The notes below the pieces were generated by a model. The model made no database searches. It was given only the letters and a program-made list of their open reading frames with translations, and was not told the DNA's origin. Positions 18,709 through 28,963 of a stretch of 64,000 nt of DNA are shown in pieces. Both the position numbers and the translations under genes were made by a program. The DNA comes from Minisyncoccota bacterium (lineage in GTDB: Bacteria > Patescibacteriota > Minisyncoccia > Minisyncoccales > JAQTPW01): positions 2,197 through 66,196 of the forward strand of contig JAQTPW010000003.1 of assembly GCA_028712565.1 (NCBI GenBank). Direction: 5' to 3'. Each line of letters opens with the position of its first letter. Position 1 is the first letter of the stretch.

Positions 18709-19107
18709 ATGATTAAAACAAAGAGATCCATTCAATGGGTCAAAGAAAAAAATAAATCAGCTTATTCGGGCATTCATTTGATTGCTGAATTTTGGGGTGG
18801 CAAAATAATTGATGACTCCAAAAAGATAAAAAAAATTTTATTTGAAGCAGTAAAACGGGCAAACAATACTCCTTTGGATATAGTTATCCATAAATTTCAA
18901 CCTCAAGGATTAACCGGGGTTGTTTTATTGGCAGAATCGCATATTGCTATTCATACCTGGCCAGAATTTAATTATGTGGCTTTGGATATTTATACCTGCG
19001 GGGATAAAGCCAATCCTTACAAATCTTTGGAATATTTAAAGGAAGAATTTCAGCCGCTGAAATCAGAACTAAAAAAAATTAAAAGAGGTTCGTTTTGTAA
19101 AATATGA
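18709..19107 (+). CDS. speD: S-adenosylmethionine decarboxylase proenzyme (pyruvoyl, SpeH/SpeD type)
   Basis: GIHLIAEFWG and the self-cleavage region LLAESHIAIHTWPE; about 130 aa. Confidence 0.8.
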   Translation: MIKTKRSIQWVKEKNKSAYSGIHLIAEFWGGKIIDDSKKIKKILFEAVKRANNTPLDIVIHKFQPQGLTGVVLLAESHIAIHTWPEFNYVALDIYTCGDKANPYKSLEYLKEEFQPLKSELKKIKRGSFCKI

Positions 19108-20231
19108 AAAATTTTTTAAGAAATCTCTACAAAGAATTTTTAGTTTCTGATAAATCCGATTTTCTTCTCAATGCTACAAAATTTTCCACAAGTTTATCTG
19201 GTTTGCATCTGTCCCCAAAAATAATTGAAGATTTTTTTAATAACTATAAAAAAATCCCATTTTTCATTTTTTTAAAAAGGGTAAAAAGTTTGATATATTC
19301 AAAAGATGTCTTTGGGTTTATTTCAAAAACTTCCTCTGAAGATTGGGAATTATGGCCGTATCTAAAATTCCTGAAGGATAAAAAAATAATTGATGTTAAA
19401 AGAAACGGCCAAATTTTGCTTTTAAAAAAAGAGCTTTTAAATACCATCCCGCGGCCCCAATCTGAAAAAGAAATTGAGCAGAAAATCGAAAAAAAGCTAA
19501 AAATTAAGGTTAGCGGAAAAGAGCCGGTCATTAATTTATTTAAAAAATTCCAGGATTTTGAGGTCAAGGCAAAATGGGACCAGATGCCAATTTCTCAAGA
19601 ATCGGCTATTTTTGTAGCTAAAAAAATATTGGAAAATCTGCCTCAAAATGAAAGATTTTTGTTCGTTGGAGACGATGACTTCATTTCTGTGATTTTGGGG
19701 CTGGCCGATCCAAACATAGAGAGTCTGGTTATTGATGCCGACGATAATCTTTTAGATTGCATCAATTTTTTAGCTAAAAAATTTAATTTGAAGATCAAGA
19801 CAAAAAAAGTTGATCTTAGAAAACAAAAATATTTGGGAGAAAAATTTGTTGGTTTTTTAGTAAACCCGGTTTATACTGAAGCCGGAGTAAAAGATTTTGT
19901 GAAATTTGGTAAAAATCAGCTTGGCGAAGATGGCGGAGTGGCCTTTCTGGAGGTCGGGGATGAATCTATCGGCAACCGATTTTTATTTTTGCAGGAATTC
20001 TTTTCCAAAAATAATTTAATTATAAAAGAACTGATATTAGAAAAAGTTTATTATCCCTACATCGCGCTTTATGAAGAAGATAAAGAGTTAATGAGGAGGT
20101 TTTCCCAGATGATAGATGCAAGAATTATTAAAAAATCCCCGAGATTGGCCGCGTCTTTGTATGTTTTTGACTATTTGCCATCAAGGCCTAAAAAAATCAA
20201 ATTCAAAAAGCCCATTTATGCCTATCTCTAA
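19104..20231 (+). CDS. DUF43/BpsA-like aminopropyltransferase (branched/long-chain polyamine synthase candidate)
   Basis: WDQMPISQESAIFVAKKIL, FVGDDDFISVILGL and LVNPVYTEAGVKDF resemble remembered BpsA blocks (FDQAYVTPE, LGDDDLTSVA, DPPET). ATGA overlap with speD. Confidence 0.55.
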   Translation: MKNFLRNLYKEFLVSDKSDFLLNATKFSTSLSGLHLSPKIIEDFFNNYKKIPFFIFLKRVKSLIYSKDVFGFISKTSSEDWELWPYLKFLKDKKIIDVKRNGQILLLKKELLNTIPRPQSEKEIEQKIEKKLKIKVSGKEPVINLFKKFQDFEVKAKWDQMPISQESAIFVAKKILENLPQNERFLFVGDDDFISVILGLADPNIESLVIDADDNLLDCINFLAKKFNLKIKTKKVDLRKQKYLGEKFVGFLVNPVYTEAGVKDFVKFGKNQLGEDGGVAFLEVGDESIGNRFLFLQEFFSKNNLIIKELILEKVYYPYIALYEEDKELMRRFSQMIDARIIKKSPRLAASLYVFDYLPSRPKKIKFKKPIYAYL

Positions 20232-21087
20232 ACTAAAATGGTTTTGCGAAGGATCTGTTCCCGGGAAAAGATTGGGCAAAGTGAGGCACTGTTTTTATAT
20301 CGATAAATTAGTTTTTAAAGGGAGAACGCCTTATCAGGAAATTTTAATTTTTGATAACTCGGTTTACGGAAGGACTTTTGTTTTAGACGGGATCGTCCAA
20401 TTGTCAAAAATTGATGAATTTATCTATCACGAAATTATAGTCCATCCTATTATGTTTTCTCATCCCAGCCCAAAGAAAGTTTTGATTGTGGGCGGCGGAG
20501 ACGGAGGAGTATTAAGAGAAGTGTTAAAGCATCCAATAGATGAAGTTTATTTAATTGATATCGATGAAAAACTTATTGAAATTTGCAAAAAGTATTTGCC
20601 TTTTGTTTCACAGAATTCCTTTGCAGACAAACGAGCTAAAATAAATATCGGAGACGGAATGGCCTTCGTAAATAAATTTGAAGATTTTTTTGATGTTGTT
20701 ATTATAGATTCTAATGATCCAATTGGCCCTTCCAGCAAGTTATTCTCTCAAAAATTCTATGGCGATGTTTTTAGGGCTTTGAAAAAAGACGGAATAATGA
20801 TTGCCCAAATAGGATCTTTTTTGGATTTCGAAAGCATGATAACTGGAACTTATAGGAAATTAAAGAAAATTTTTCCTTTTGTTTATCCTTATAAACTCAC
20901 TATGCCTTCCTATAACTGCGGAGACTATTGTTTTATGGGGGCTTCAAAGGGAATTGATTTGGCAAGGGTGGATTTTAGAAATATCGAAAAAAGATTTCAG
21001 AAGATTCAAAAAAAGTTAAAATATTATTCGCCCAAAATTCATCAGGCAAGCATGACTTTGCCAAAAATTTGGCAAATTAAGGGATAG
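20218..21087 (+). CDS. speE: Spermidine synthase (aminopropyltransferase)
   Basis: VLIVGGGDGGVLREVLKH, IIDSNDPIGP; ATG 20218 overlaps the upstream stop. Confidence 0.85.
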   Translation: MPISKLKWFCEGSVPGKRLGKVRHCFYIDKLVFKGRTPYQEILIFDNSVYGRTFVLDGIVQLSKIDEFIYHEIIVHPIMFSHPSPKKVLIVGGGDGGVLREVLKHPIDEVYLIDIDEKLIEICKKYLPFVSQNSFADKRAKINIGDGMAFVNKFEDFFDVVIIDSNDPIGPSSKLFSQKFYGDVFRALKKDGIMIAQIGSFLDFESMITGTYRKLKKIFPFVYPYKLTMPSYNCGDYCFMGASKGIDLARVDFRNIEKRFQKIQKKLKYYSPKIHQASMTLPKIWQIKG

Positions 21088-21094
21088 AATCGCA

Positions 21095-22114
21095 ATGGAA
21101 AAAGATTTCAAGGTTTTAATTTTAGGCAAAGGGAGGATTGGTCGGGCAGTCCTCTTTTATTTAAAAAAGCTAAAAACCGCGAAAAAGGTTGTTGTTTTGG
21201 GCAGTGAAAAAGAAATCAAAAATTGCGATTTATTAATTTCTGCCCTGCCAGGCAGCGCTGGAGAAAAAGGTTTAAAACTTGCCTTAGAATATAAAAAGGA
21301 TTTAATTGATGTTTCTGTTCTTCCCATTCCTTTCTATATGAAATTTAAAAATGCAATTTTAAAAAAGGGGATTATGGTAATTCCCGGATGCGGTTTTTCC
21401 CCGGGATTAGTTAATCTAATAATCGGGGCTGAAGCAAAAAAATTCCAAAGGATAAACAAAATAGAAATAGAAGCCGGAACGCTTCCCCAAAATTCCCAAT
21501 TCGTTTTTCCATTTACTTGGTGCTTTGAAGACTTGATTGAGGAGCACTTAGATGAATCTGCAGTTATAAAAAACGGCAAAAAAATAACTCTACCCGCCTT
21601 TTTTGGCTATCGGAAAGATGAGCTAAAGGAAGTGGGAGAATTCGAAAGTTATTTTTTTGAAGAATGGACCAGCTTGTCTTATAGTTTTAAAGTTAAAGAT
21701 CTCGTTTTCCGGGTAATCCGGCCGATAGGATTTCTTTATTTCATTCAATTTTTAAAAAGTTATGGTTTTTTTGAAAAAGAAAACTTTGCTTTCACAAAAA
21801 AATTATTGACGGCGAGACAAACGGACAATGTTACTTTAGCTAAAGTTTCGGTTTTTGGGATTTCGCAAAAAAAGAAACAGGAAGTTTTATGGAAAATTTT
21901 CAGCTTTTCCAAGAAAAAGGAAATCTTAAATTCCATGCAAAAAATCACCGGGATAATTCCCGCGGTTATAACAAATTTTATTAATGAAAACAAAATTCAA
22001 AACAAGGGAATTTTATTTATGGAAGAAATAGGAAAAGATGACGGGCTTTTTCGTGAGATTTTAAAAGAGTTGGAAAAAGAAAAAGGTTTAATCGTCCAAA
22101 AAGAAAACTCCTAA
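21095..22114 (+). CDS. Saccharopine-dehydrogenase-like NAD(P)-binding oxidoreductase
   Basis: N-terminal VLILGKGRIGRAV Rossmann motif; last gene of the polyamine operon. Confidence 0.5.
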   Translation: MEKDFKVLILGKGRIGRAVLFYLKKLKTAKKVVVLGSEKEIKNCDLLISALPGSAGEKGLKLALEYKKDLIDVSVLPIPFYMKFKNAILKKGIMVIPGCGFSPGLVNLIIGAEAKKFQRINKIEIEAGTLPQNSQFVFPFTWCFEDLIEEHLDESAVIKNGKKITLPAFFGYRKDELKEVGEFESYFFEEWTSLSYSFKVKDLVFRVIRPIGFLYFIQFLKSYGFFEKENFAFTKKLLTARQTDNVTLAKVSVFGISQKKKQEVLWKIFSFSKKKEILNSMQKITGIIPAVITNFINENKIQNKGILFMEEIGKDDGLFREILKELEKEKGLIVQKENS

Positions 22115-22132
22115 TTTCAGATTAGGAGTTTT
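22104..22132. terminator. Bidirectional terminator between convergent genes
   Basis: AAAACTCCTAAT-TTCAG-ATTAGGAGTTTT followed by a T-run. Confidence 0.55.
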
Positions 22133-22144
22133 CTTTTTGAAAAA

Positions 22145-22705
22145 TTAATTGGCTCTTTCTACGTATTCGCCCGTTTCGGTATTTATTCTTATAACTTCTC
22201 CGGCTTCAATAAAGACCGGCACGTTTATTTCCAGCCCCGTTTCTAATTTTACTTTTTTCAATCCTCCGGTTGCCGTGTCTCCTTTGAAAGATGGGGGAGC
22301 TTCAATAACTTTTAGCTCCACTTTTATTGGGATATCCACCGAAATCAGCTTTCCTTCAATATAAACTAAGTTAACTTCCGTATTTGGTTTGATGTACTGG
22401 ATTTTATCTTGAGTCGATTCAAGAGGCAATGAAATCCTCTGGTTTGTGCTTTTTTCCAAAAAAACGGAATTCCTACGGTCGCTGTATAAATAAACAGCCG
22501 GCTTGCGATCAAGTTCAACCTCGTCAAATTCCTCTCCTGATTTAAAGGTCCTTTCGACAAATTTCCCAGTTTTTAAATTTTTTATTTTTACGCGCGTAAA
22601 AGCCCCTCCTTTCCCCGGGCTTACAAATTGGTGTTCTGCAATCATCCACGGCTGGTCGTCTATTTTTAGGATCATTCCGTTTTTGAATTGTGTAGTAGAA
22701 ATCAT
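22145..22705 (-). CDS. efp: Elongation factor P
   Basis: FKNGMILKIDDQPW...SPGKGGAFTRVKIKNLKTG with the conserved modified-Lys loop PGKG; 186 aa. Confidence 0.9.
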   Translation of the reverse strand: MISTTQFKNGMILKIDDQPWMIAEHQFVSPGKGGAFTRVKIKNLKTGKFVERTFKSGEEFDEVELDRKPAVYLYSDRRNSVFLEKSTNQRISLPLESTQDKIQYIKPNTEVNLVYIEGKLISVDIPIKVELKVIEAPPSFKGDTATGGLKKVKLETGLEINVPVFIEAGEVIRINTETGEYVERAN

Positions 22706-22711
22706 ATGTTT

Positions 22712-23746
22712 TTATTCATTAAATAAATCTTTCGCCGGGAATGGAAGCAAATCATTAATATCGGAAATATCCAATAAAAGCATTTGCAATCTTTCTACTC
22801 CCAAAGCGATTCCGCCACAGGGCGGTAAATTTAATTCTAAGGCTTTAATTAGATCTTTGTCAATGGGAATTATATCTTTTTTCATATTTTTTCGCAAGAT
22901 TTTTTCTTCTTTGAATCTTTTAAATTGTTCTTTGGCATCGGTTAATTCGGAAAAAGCATTGGCCAATTCCATCCCAGCAATAAATACTTCAAATCTTTCT
23001 GCGTAAAAACTATTTTTAGTTTTCTTTTTTGCCAAAGCCGCTTGGGGAAGAGGATAGTCGTAAATTATAATTGGTTTATCTTTTGGAATCCTTGGCTCTA
23101 TTTCATTTAAAAAAACAAGATAAAAAAGATCGTTCCAGTCATTACTCTGAGTAAAATATTGCCTGTTTTTAATTTTTTTCTTAAAATCTTCAATATTTTT
23201 TACTTCGTCAAGGTTTATTTTTGCAAAATTTAAAAAAGCTTCTTTTACAGATAATCTTTTCCAAGGCGTTTTCAAGTTTATTTTTTCCCCTCGGCACTTT
23301 AAATAATTGGAATGGTTTATCTTTTTATTCAAAAAAAGAATAAGCTCTTCCGTATCTTTCATAATTTGCAGATAAGAAGAATCTTTTCTATACCATTCCA
23401 GCATTGTAAATTCGGGGTTATGATTTCCGCCAAAGCTTTCATTCCCTCTAAAAACCCTGGCCAATTCAAAAATTTTATTAAAGCTTGGCAATAATTTTTT
23501 CAAAGAATATTCTGGAGAAGTTATCAAATATCCACAATAAGTTTTATTATTTTCATCTTTAAAAAATGTTTTAAAGGGGGAGAGGTAGGGGGATTCATCG
23601 GCAGATTTTACCAAGGTCGGCGTTTGGCATTCTAAAAAACCCTTTTTAACAAAAAACTCGCGGATTAAATTTAAGATTTCTCCCCGCTTAATTTGTATTT
23701 TCCTAAATTCCGGGTTTAAGCTTATTTTTTCCCAATTTTTCACCAT
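22712..23746 (-). CDS. epmA: EF-P lysine-lysyltransferase (truncated class II LysRS paralog, EpmA/PoxA/GenX)
   Basis: Class II aaRS catalytic-core motifs with no anticodon-binding domain; 344 aa; immediately upstream of efp. Confidence 0.75.
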   Translation of the reverse strand: MVKNWEKISLNPEFRKIQIKRGEILNLIREFFVKKGFLECQTPTLVKSADESPYLSPFKTFFKDENNKTYCGYLITSPEYSLKKLLPSFNKIFELARVFRGNESFGGNHNPEFTMLEWYRKDSSYLQIMKDTEELILFLNKKINHSNYLKCRGEKINLKTPWKRLSVKEAFLNFAKINLDEVKNIEDFKKKIKNRQYFTQSNDWNDLFYLVFLNEIEPRIPKDKPIIIYDYPLPQAALAKKKTKNSFYAERFEVFIAGMELANAFSELTDAKEQFKRFKEEKILRKNMKKDIIPIDKDLIKALELNLPPCGGIALGVERLQMLLLDISDINDLLPFPAKDLFNE

Positions 23747-23767
23747 AATAATGTATATTAATATATA

Positions 23768-23796
23768 TTGACTTTTAAGTCAAAATATGCTATAAT
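23768..23796 (+). promoter_or_regulatory. Sigma-70-type promoter upstream of secA
   Basis: TTGACT-17 nt-TATAAT. Confidence 0.55.
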
Positions 23797-23885
23797 GTCG
23801 TTATTCTGAAATTTCAGGTTTTGTCTGTTTTTACAGGCAAACCTGTTGATGTAGTTATTTACCAAACAATATGTGTTTTCCATAA

Positions 23886-23918
23886 AAAGGGAGACCAAAA
23901 ATCTCCCCTTTATTTTTT
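23886..23918 (+). terminator. Hairpin + T6 inside the secA leader
   Basis: AAAGGGAGA-CCAAAAA-TCTCCCCTTT then TTTTTT, 30 nt before the secA ATG. Confidence 0.45.
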
Positions 23919-23949
23919 GGGAAAAAGTTATACAATATAGAATATTACT

Positions 23950-26508
23950 ATGTCGCTATTCTCTAAAATTTTTGGCGATGCGAATGAAAAATATCTAAAA
24001 CGCATCCAGCCAATAGTTGAAAAAATAAATTCTCTTGAGCCGGAATTTGTAAAGCTTTCTGACGCAGAATTAAAACAAAAAACCTCTGAATTCAAAGAAA
24101 GATTAAAAAAAGAATCTGCTCCGGTTCATCAGACTTTCGAAAACTCTGGGGAAGGGGACATTGGCAAACAAAATTTAGATGATATTTTGCCAGAAGCTTT
24201 TGCTTTGGTCAGGGAGGCTGCAAAAAGAACGCTAAAACAGCGCCATTTTGATGTCCAGCTAATCGGGGGCATTGTTTTGCATCAGGGGAAAATAGCTGAA
24301 ATGAGAACTGGAGAAGGAAAAACATTGGTTGCTACTCTGCCTGTTTATTTAAATGCTTTGGAGGGCAAGGGCTGCCATTTAGTTACGATAAATGATTATT
24401 TGGCGAGGAGAGATGCGGTTTGGATGGGCCAAATATATAACTTTTTGGGATTGACTACTGGATGCTTAAATCATGAACAATCATTTATTTACGATCCAAA
24501 CTATAAATTAAATCAAATATCAAATACCAAAGATCAAAAAGATGAACGAGATGAAACTAGGGATTTGCTTGGGGGATTTAAGGTTGAGGAATCTTATTTG
24601 CGCCCTTGCTCTAGGAAAGAGGCCTATGAAGCAGATATTACTTACGGAACCAACAATGAATTTGGTTTTGACTATTTAAGAGATAATATGGTTTATGATT
24701 TGAACCAGAAAGCCCAGAGGGGATTTAATTTTGCCATAGTTGATGAGGTGGACTCAATTTTAATTGATGAAGCAAGGACGCCTTTGATTATTTCCGCTCC
24801 CGATACTGAAAGCTCCAAATGGTATCAGGAATTTGCCAAAATTATTCCGAAACTTAATTCCGAAACCGATTATGAAATCGATGAAAAAATGAGAACAGTT
24901 ACCTTGACTGAAAACGGCATTAACAAAATAGAAAAAATTTTAGGTTCTAACAATATATATGAAGAAAAGGGGATTAAATATCTGCATCATTTGGAGCAAG
25001 CCTTAAAAGCCGAAGCCCTTTTTAAATTAGACCGGGACTATGTCGTAAAAAATGGGGAGGTAATAATCGTTGATGAATTTACCGGGAGATTGATGCCAGG
25101 AAGAAGGTGGTCAGGCGGGCTTCACCAGGCAGTAGAGGCAAAAGAGGGAGTTTCAGTTCAGGCAGAATCTATGACTTTGGCTTCCATTACTTTCCAGAAT
25201 TACTTCCGGCTTTACAAAAAATTATCAGGTATGACCGGAACTGCCGCGACTTCTGCTGAAGAATTTTTCAAAGTTTATAATTTGGATACCATTATAATTC
25301 CCACGAATAAACCCATGATAAGGAAAGATCAGCCGGACAGAATTTATAAGACAGAAAATGGGAAATTCAAAGCTTTGGTTAGAGAAATTGGAGAAAGGCA
25401 TAATGCCGGCCAGCCGGTTTTGGTAGGAACTAGATCGGTGGAAAAAAACGAGTATCTGGGAAAATTATTAGATATATCCGGAATCCCGCACACAATTTTA
25501 AATGCAAAATACCACGAAAAAGAAGGAGAAATTATAGCCCAGGCAGGAAAATTGGGGCAGGTGACAATTGCCACTAATATGGCAGGAAGAGGAGTTGATA
25601 TCATTCTGGGCGGGAACCCACAAAATCCGGAGGAGGCGCAAAAAATAAGAGAATTAGGCGGGCTACACGTAATCGGCACTGAACGGCATGAGGCAAGAAG
25701 AATTGATAATCAGCTTCGGGGGAGAACAGGCAGGCAGGGCGACCCGGGATCAACGCAATTTTTCGTTTCCTTGGAAGATGATTTAATGAGAATTTTTGGC
25801 GGGGACAGAATAAAATCCTTAATGAATCTTTTGAAAATTCCTGAAGATGAATCAATTGAAGCTGGCATTATTTCGAAATCTCTTGAAGAGGCCCAATCGC
25901 GAATTGAAGGATTTAATTTTGACGCTAGAAAGCACCTTTTGGATTATGACGATGTGATGAACAAGCACAGAGAAGTTGTTTATAAGAAAAGAGAAGAAAT
26001 ATTAAAGATTGGAAATTGGAAGCAAGAAATCAGAGATTTGGCAAAAACAGATGAAGAGAAAAAAGCATTGGAGGATAAAATAAAAGAATTTGGAGAAAAA
26101 TTTGATGAAGTAGCTAAGTTCATTAGCTTAAGAACTCTTGATATGCTTTGGATGGATCATTTGGAAAATATGGAATATTTAAGAGATTCAGTAAGTTTAA
26201 GAGCTTACGGCCAGCAGGATCCTTTGGTGGAATATAAAAATGAAGGACATAAAATGTTAAAAGAATTGCTAAATGGCTTTGAAGAAAATGTTGTAAATAC
26301 AATTATGAAGGCAAGGATAACTGCGCAAAGAGAAATTCAAAATGACAAATCACAGATTACAAACAATTCCCAAAATAAAAATTTCAAAAACGTCGGCAGA
26401 AACGACCCTTGTCCATGCGGTGCAATTAATCCTGGAACTGGTCAGCCCTATAAGTATAAAAAATGCGGGTTAATCAACGCGCCCTATCATAAAAGCAAAG
26501 TTACGTAA
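23950..26508 (+). CDS. secA: Preprotein translocase ATPase SecA
   Basis: MRTGEGKTL Walker [20 protein letters not shown]-terminal zinc motif CPCG...KKCG; 852 aa. Confidence 0.95.
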   Translation: MSLFSKIFGDANEKYLKRIQPIVEKINSLEPEFVKLSDAELKQKTSEFKERLKKESAPVHQTFENSGEGDIGKQNLDDILPEAFALVREAAKRTLKQRHFDVQLIGGIVLHQGKIAEMRTGEGKTLVATLPVYLNALEGKGCHLVTINDYLARRDAVWMGQIYNFLGLTTGCLNHEQSFIYDPNYKLNQISNTKDQKDERDETRDLLGGFKVEESYLRPCSRKEAYEADITYGTNNEFGFDYLRDNMVYDLNQKAQRGFNFAIVDEVDSILIDEARTPLIISAPDTESSKWYQEFAKIIPKLNSETDYEIDEKMRTVTLTENGINKIEKILGSNNIYEEKGIKYLHHLEQALKAEALFKLDRDYVVKNGEVIIVDEFTGRLMPGRRWSGGLHQAVEAKEGVSVQAESMTLASITFQNYFRLYKKLSGMTGTAATSAEEFFKVYNLDTIIIPTNKPMIRKDQPDRIYKTENGKFKALVREIGERHNAGQPVLVGTRSVEKNEYLGKLLDISGIPHTILNAKYHEKEGEIIAQAGKLGQVTIATNMAGRGVDIILGGNPQNPEEAQKIRELGGLHVIGTERHEARRIDNQLRGRTGRQGDPGSTQFFVSLEDDLMRIFGGDRIKSLMNLLKIPEDESIEAGIISKSLEEAQSRIEGFNFDARKHLLDYDDVMNKHREVVYKKREEILKIGNWKQEIRDLAKTDEEKKALEDKIKEFGEKFDEVAKFISLRTLDMLWMDHLENMEYLRDSVSLRAYGQQDPLVEYKNEGHKMLKELLNGFEENVVNTIMKARITAQREIQNDKSQITNNSQNKNFKNVGRNDPCPCGAINPGTGQPYKYKKCGLINAPYHKSKVT

Positions 26509-26719
26509 AGCACGATTGAGTCCGGCAGCGAGCAGCTAAAATTATTTTTGTATGTAAAAACAAAATTAATATGTGTAGTAATAAGAACGCGATCGCAGAA
26601 TTAATAATATAGTAGCGAGAATAGAATGTGGGAATAGAATAAAAAAGAGTTGTGATTATGCATATAAAAAAATCATTTTAAAAATAGATGAATAAAATAA
26701 AGAAATTTTGCGGGAGGTA

Positions 26720-27118
26720 ATGCAAAAAATTTTTCTTACTCAAAAAGCTATAATAGTAAATGAGAATGGCAGCTTTCTTGCGATACGGCGCTCAAAGACC
26801 GATCCTGCGCGGCCGCTTTTTTGGGATTTACCAGGCGGAGGTTTAGATTTTAGCGAAGATGCAAAGCAGGGAATTATCCGGGAGACAAAAGAAGAAACTG
26901 GCTTAGATGTGGAAAATTTTAAAGTTAAGGATGTTATTTCTAGGTTGAACGATAGAGGGGAATTTTGGATAACCATTTTCTATGTCGGCAAAACCACAGC
27001 TTCTAAAGTTATTTTAAGCTATGAGCACGATGATTATAAATGGACTGCCGCCGATGAATTTCTGAAATTAAAAATATCTCCTACTCTTCAAAAGTTTGTT
27101 GAGAAATTCAAATCGTAA
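26720..27118 (+). CDS. NUDIX hydrolase
   Basis: Nudix box GGGLDFSEDAKQGIIRETKEETGL; GGGAGG just upstream of the ATG. Confidence 0.8.
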   Translation: MQKIFLTQKAIIVNENGSFLAIRRSKTDPARPLFWDLPGGGLDFSEDAKQGIIRETKEETGLDVENFKVKDVISRLNDRGEFWITIFYVGKTTASKVILSYEHDDYKWTAADEFLKLKISPTLQKFVEKFKS

Positions 27119-27139
27119 AATTTTTGTATAAAAAATAAT

Positions 27140-27487
27140 ATGCCAAAGAAAATAACACAGTTAAGATTCAGGCAGGCAGACAGGAAAATTTTTAATGCAA
27201 TAAAATCGGGAGAAAAAAGAGTTGAAACTCGCGCGGCGACGACAAAATTCTTAAATTTAAAACGGGGGGATGGTTTACGGTTTGTTTGCGGAAAAGATCG
27301 GTTTGAAAAACAGGTAAAAAAATTCGCCATATTTAAATCAATTGACGAATTAGTGAAAAAATATAAAGTAAAAGAAATTAATCCTTTTATTTGTTCATCA
27401 GAAGATTTGAAGAAAATGTATTATAGTTTTCCGAATTATAAAGAAAAAATCAAAAAATACGGAATTATTGCGCTCGAATTGGAATAG
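27140..27487 (+). CDS. ASCH-domain-like small protein
   Basis: N-terminal FNAIKSGEKRVETR pattern typical of ASCH/PUA-like folds; 115 aa. Confidence 0.45.
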   Translation: MPKKITQLRFRQADRKIFNAIKSGEKRVETRAATTKFLNLKRGDGLRFVCGKDRFEKQVKKFAIFKSIDELVKKYKVKEINPFICSSEDLKKMYYSFPNYKEKIKKYGIIALELE

Positions 27488-27532
27488 CGCACTCTTTTAA
27501 CCGATTTCAAAATATGCTAGGGTATTAAGAGT

Positions 27533-28954
27533 ATGTCAAAAAATAAAATTTATATAAATTTAACGTTAATATTTATTTTGGCCTTTTTTTCTATAAACTT
27601 ATGCTACCCGAAGTATTTTAACCTTGGGGCAGATTTTTTGAATTCAAAACTAAAATTAGGGCTTCCGCATTTTTGGGAAAAGCCATTCAAGTTGGGCCTT
27701 GATTTGCAGGGAGGAGTCCATTTAATTTATCAGGCAGATCTAACGAATATTCCCGATGACAGCAAATCAAAAGCTATGGATGGGTTAAGAGATGTGATTG
27801 AAAGAAGGGTTAATCTTTATGGCATAAGCGAGCCCGCAATCCAGGTTCAGGGAGAAAAATTAATTGTTGAATTGGCTGGAATAACCGATATTTCCGAGGC
27901 AATTAAAATGATAGGCGAGACGCCGTTTCTGGAATTTAAAGAACAAAAATCAGACGAGGAAATCCAAAAAATTTTAGATAAGCAAAAAGAAATTGAGGGA
28001 AAAACAGAGGAAGAAAGAGAAAAAATTGAAAATTGGCAGTTAGCTTATGAAGATCCTTTCCAGCCAGCTACTTTAACCGGAAAATATTTGAAAGAAGCCC
28101 GGCTTGGTTCCGATCAAAATACAAATAGTCCCATAATTCAGCTCCAATTTAACGAACAAGGAACTAAATTGTTTGAAGAAATAACTGAAAGGAATGTCGG
28201 AAAAAGGTTGGCAATTTTTTTGGATGGGGCTTCGATTGTAGATACTAATGGCGACGGGAAAATCACTCAAGACGATTTATATGCGCCGCGTGTTGATGCC
28301 AAAATTTCAGGGGGGGAAGCAATGATTACAGGAGACATGGATTTGCAGAGGGCCAAAGAGATTGTAAAAAGATTAAATTCTGGGGCCTTGCCAGTTCCCA
28401 TAAAATTAGTTTCCCAGCAAACGGTGGGGCCTACTTTAGGCAAGGTTTCCTTGGACAAATCTATAAAAGCCGGTTTTTATGGATTTTTTGCAATAATTTT
28501 GTTTATGATAATTTTTTATCGGCTGCCCGGAGTAGTAGCCTCAGTTGCTTTGGTAATTTATGCAGCTTTAATCCTTTCTTTATTTAAACTGATTCCGGTT
28601 ACTTTGACTTTGGCTGGAATCGGCGGTTTTATTTTATCAGTAGGCATGGCGGTTGATGCCAATGTTTTAATTTTTTCAAGGATGAAAGAGGAGTTAAAAG
28701 AAGGAAAAACCTACCGCCTTTCTTTGGAAGAAGGATTTAGAAGGGCTTGGCCGTCTATTCGCGATGGAAATTTGACAACCTTAATAGTGGCTGCAATTTT
28801 ATTTGCTTTTGGGACGAGCTTTATTAAAGGTTTTGCCTTAACCTTGAGCATTGGGGTTTTAATATCTATGTTTTCGGCAATTATTATTACCAAAAATATT
28901 TTAAAGATTTGGGAAGGCGGAAAATTGGAAAATATAAAATGGCTCTGGGGATAA
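27533..28954 (+). CDS. secD: Protein translocase subunit SecD
   Basis: LGLDLQGGVHL, periplasmic domain, C-terminal six-TM block. Confidence 0.9.
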   Translation: MSKNKIYINLTLIFILAFFSINLCYPKYFNLGADFLNSKLKLGLPHFWEKPFKLGLDLQGGVHLIYQADLTNIPDDSKSKAMDGLRDVIERRVNLYGISEPAIQVQGEKLIVELAGITDISEAIKMIGETPFLEFKEQKSDEEIQKILDKQKEIEGKTEEEREKIENWQLAYEDPFQPATLTGKYLKEARLGSDQNTNSPIIQLQFNEQGTKLFEEITERNVGKRLAIFLDGASIVDTNGDGKITQDDLYAPRVDAKISGGEAMITGDMDLQRAKEIVKRLNSGALPVPIKLVSQQTVGPTLGKVSLDKSIKAGFYGFFAIILFMIIFYRLPGVVASVALVIYAALILSLFKLIPVTLTLAGIGGFILSVGMAVDANVLIFSRMKEELKEGKTYRLSLEEGFRRAWPSIRDGNLTTLIVAAILFAFGTSFIKGFALTLSIGVLISMFSAIIITKNILKIWEGGKLENIKWLWG

Positions 28955-28963
28955 TTAAAAAAT

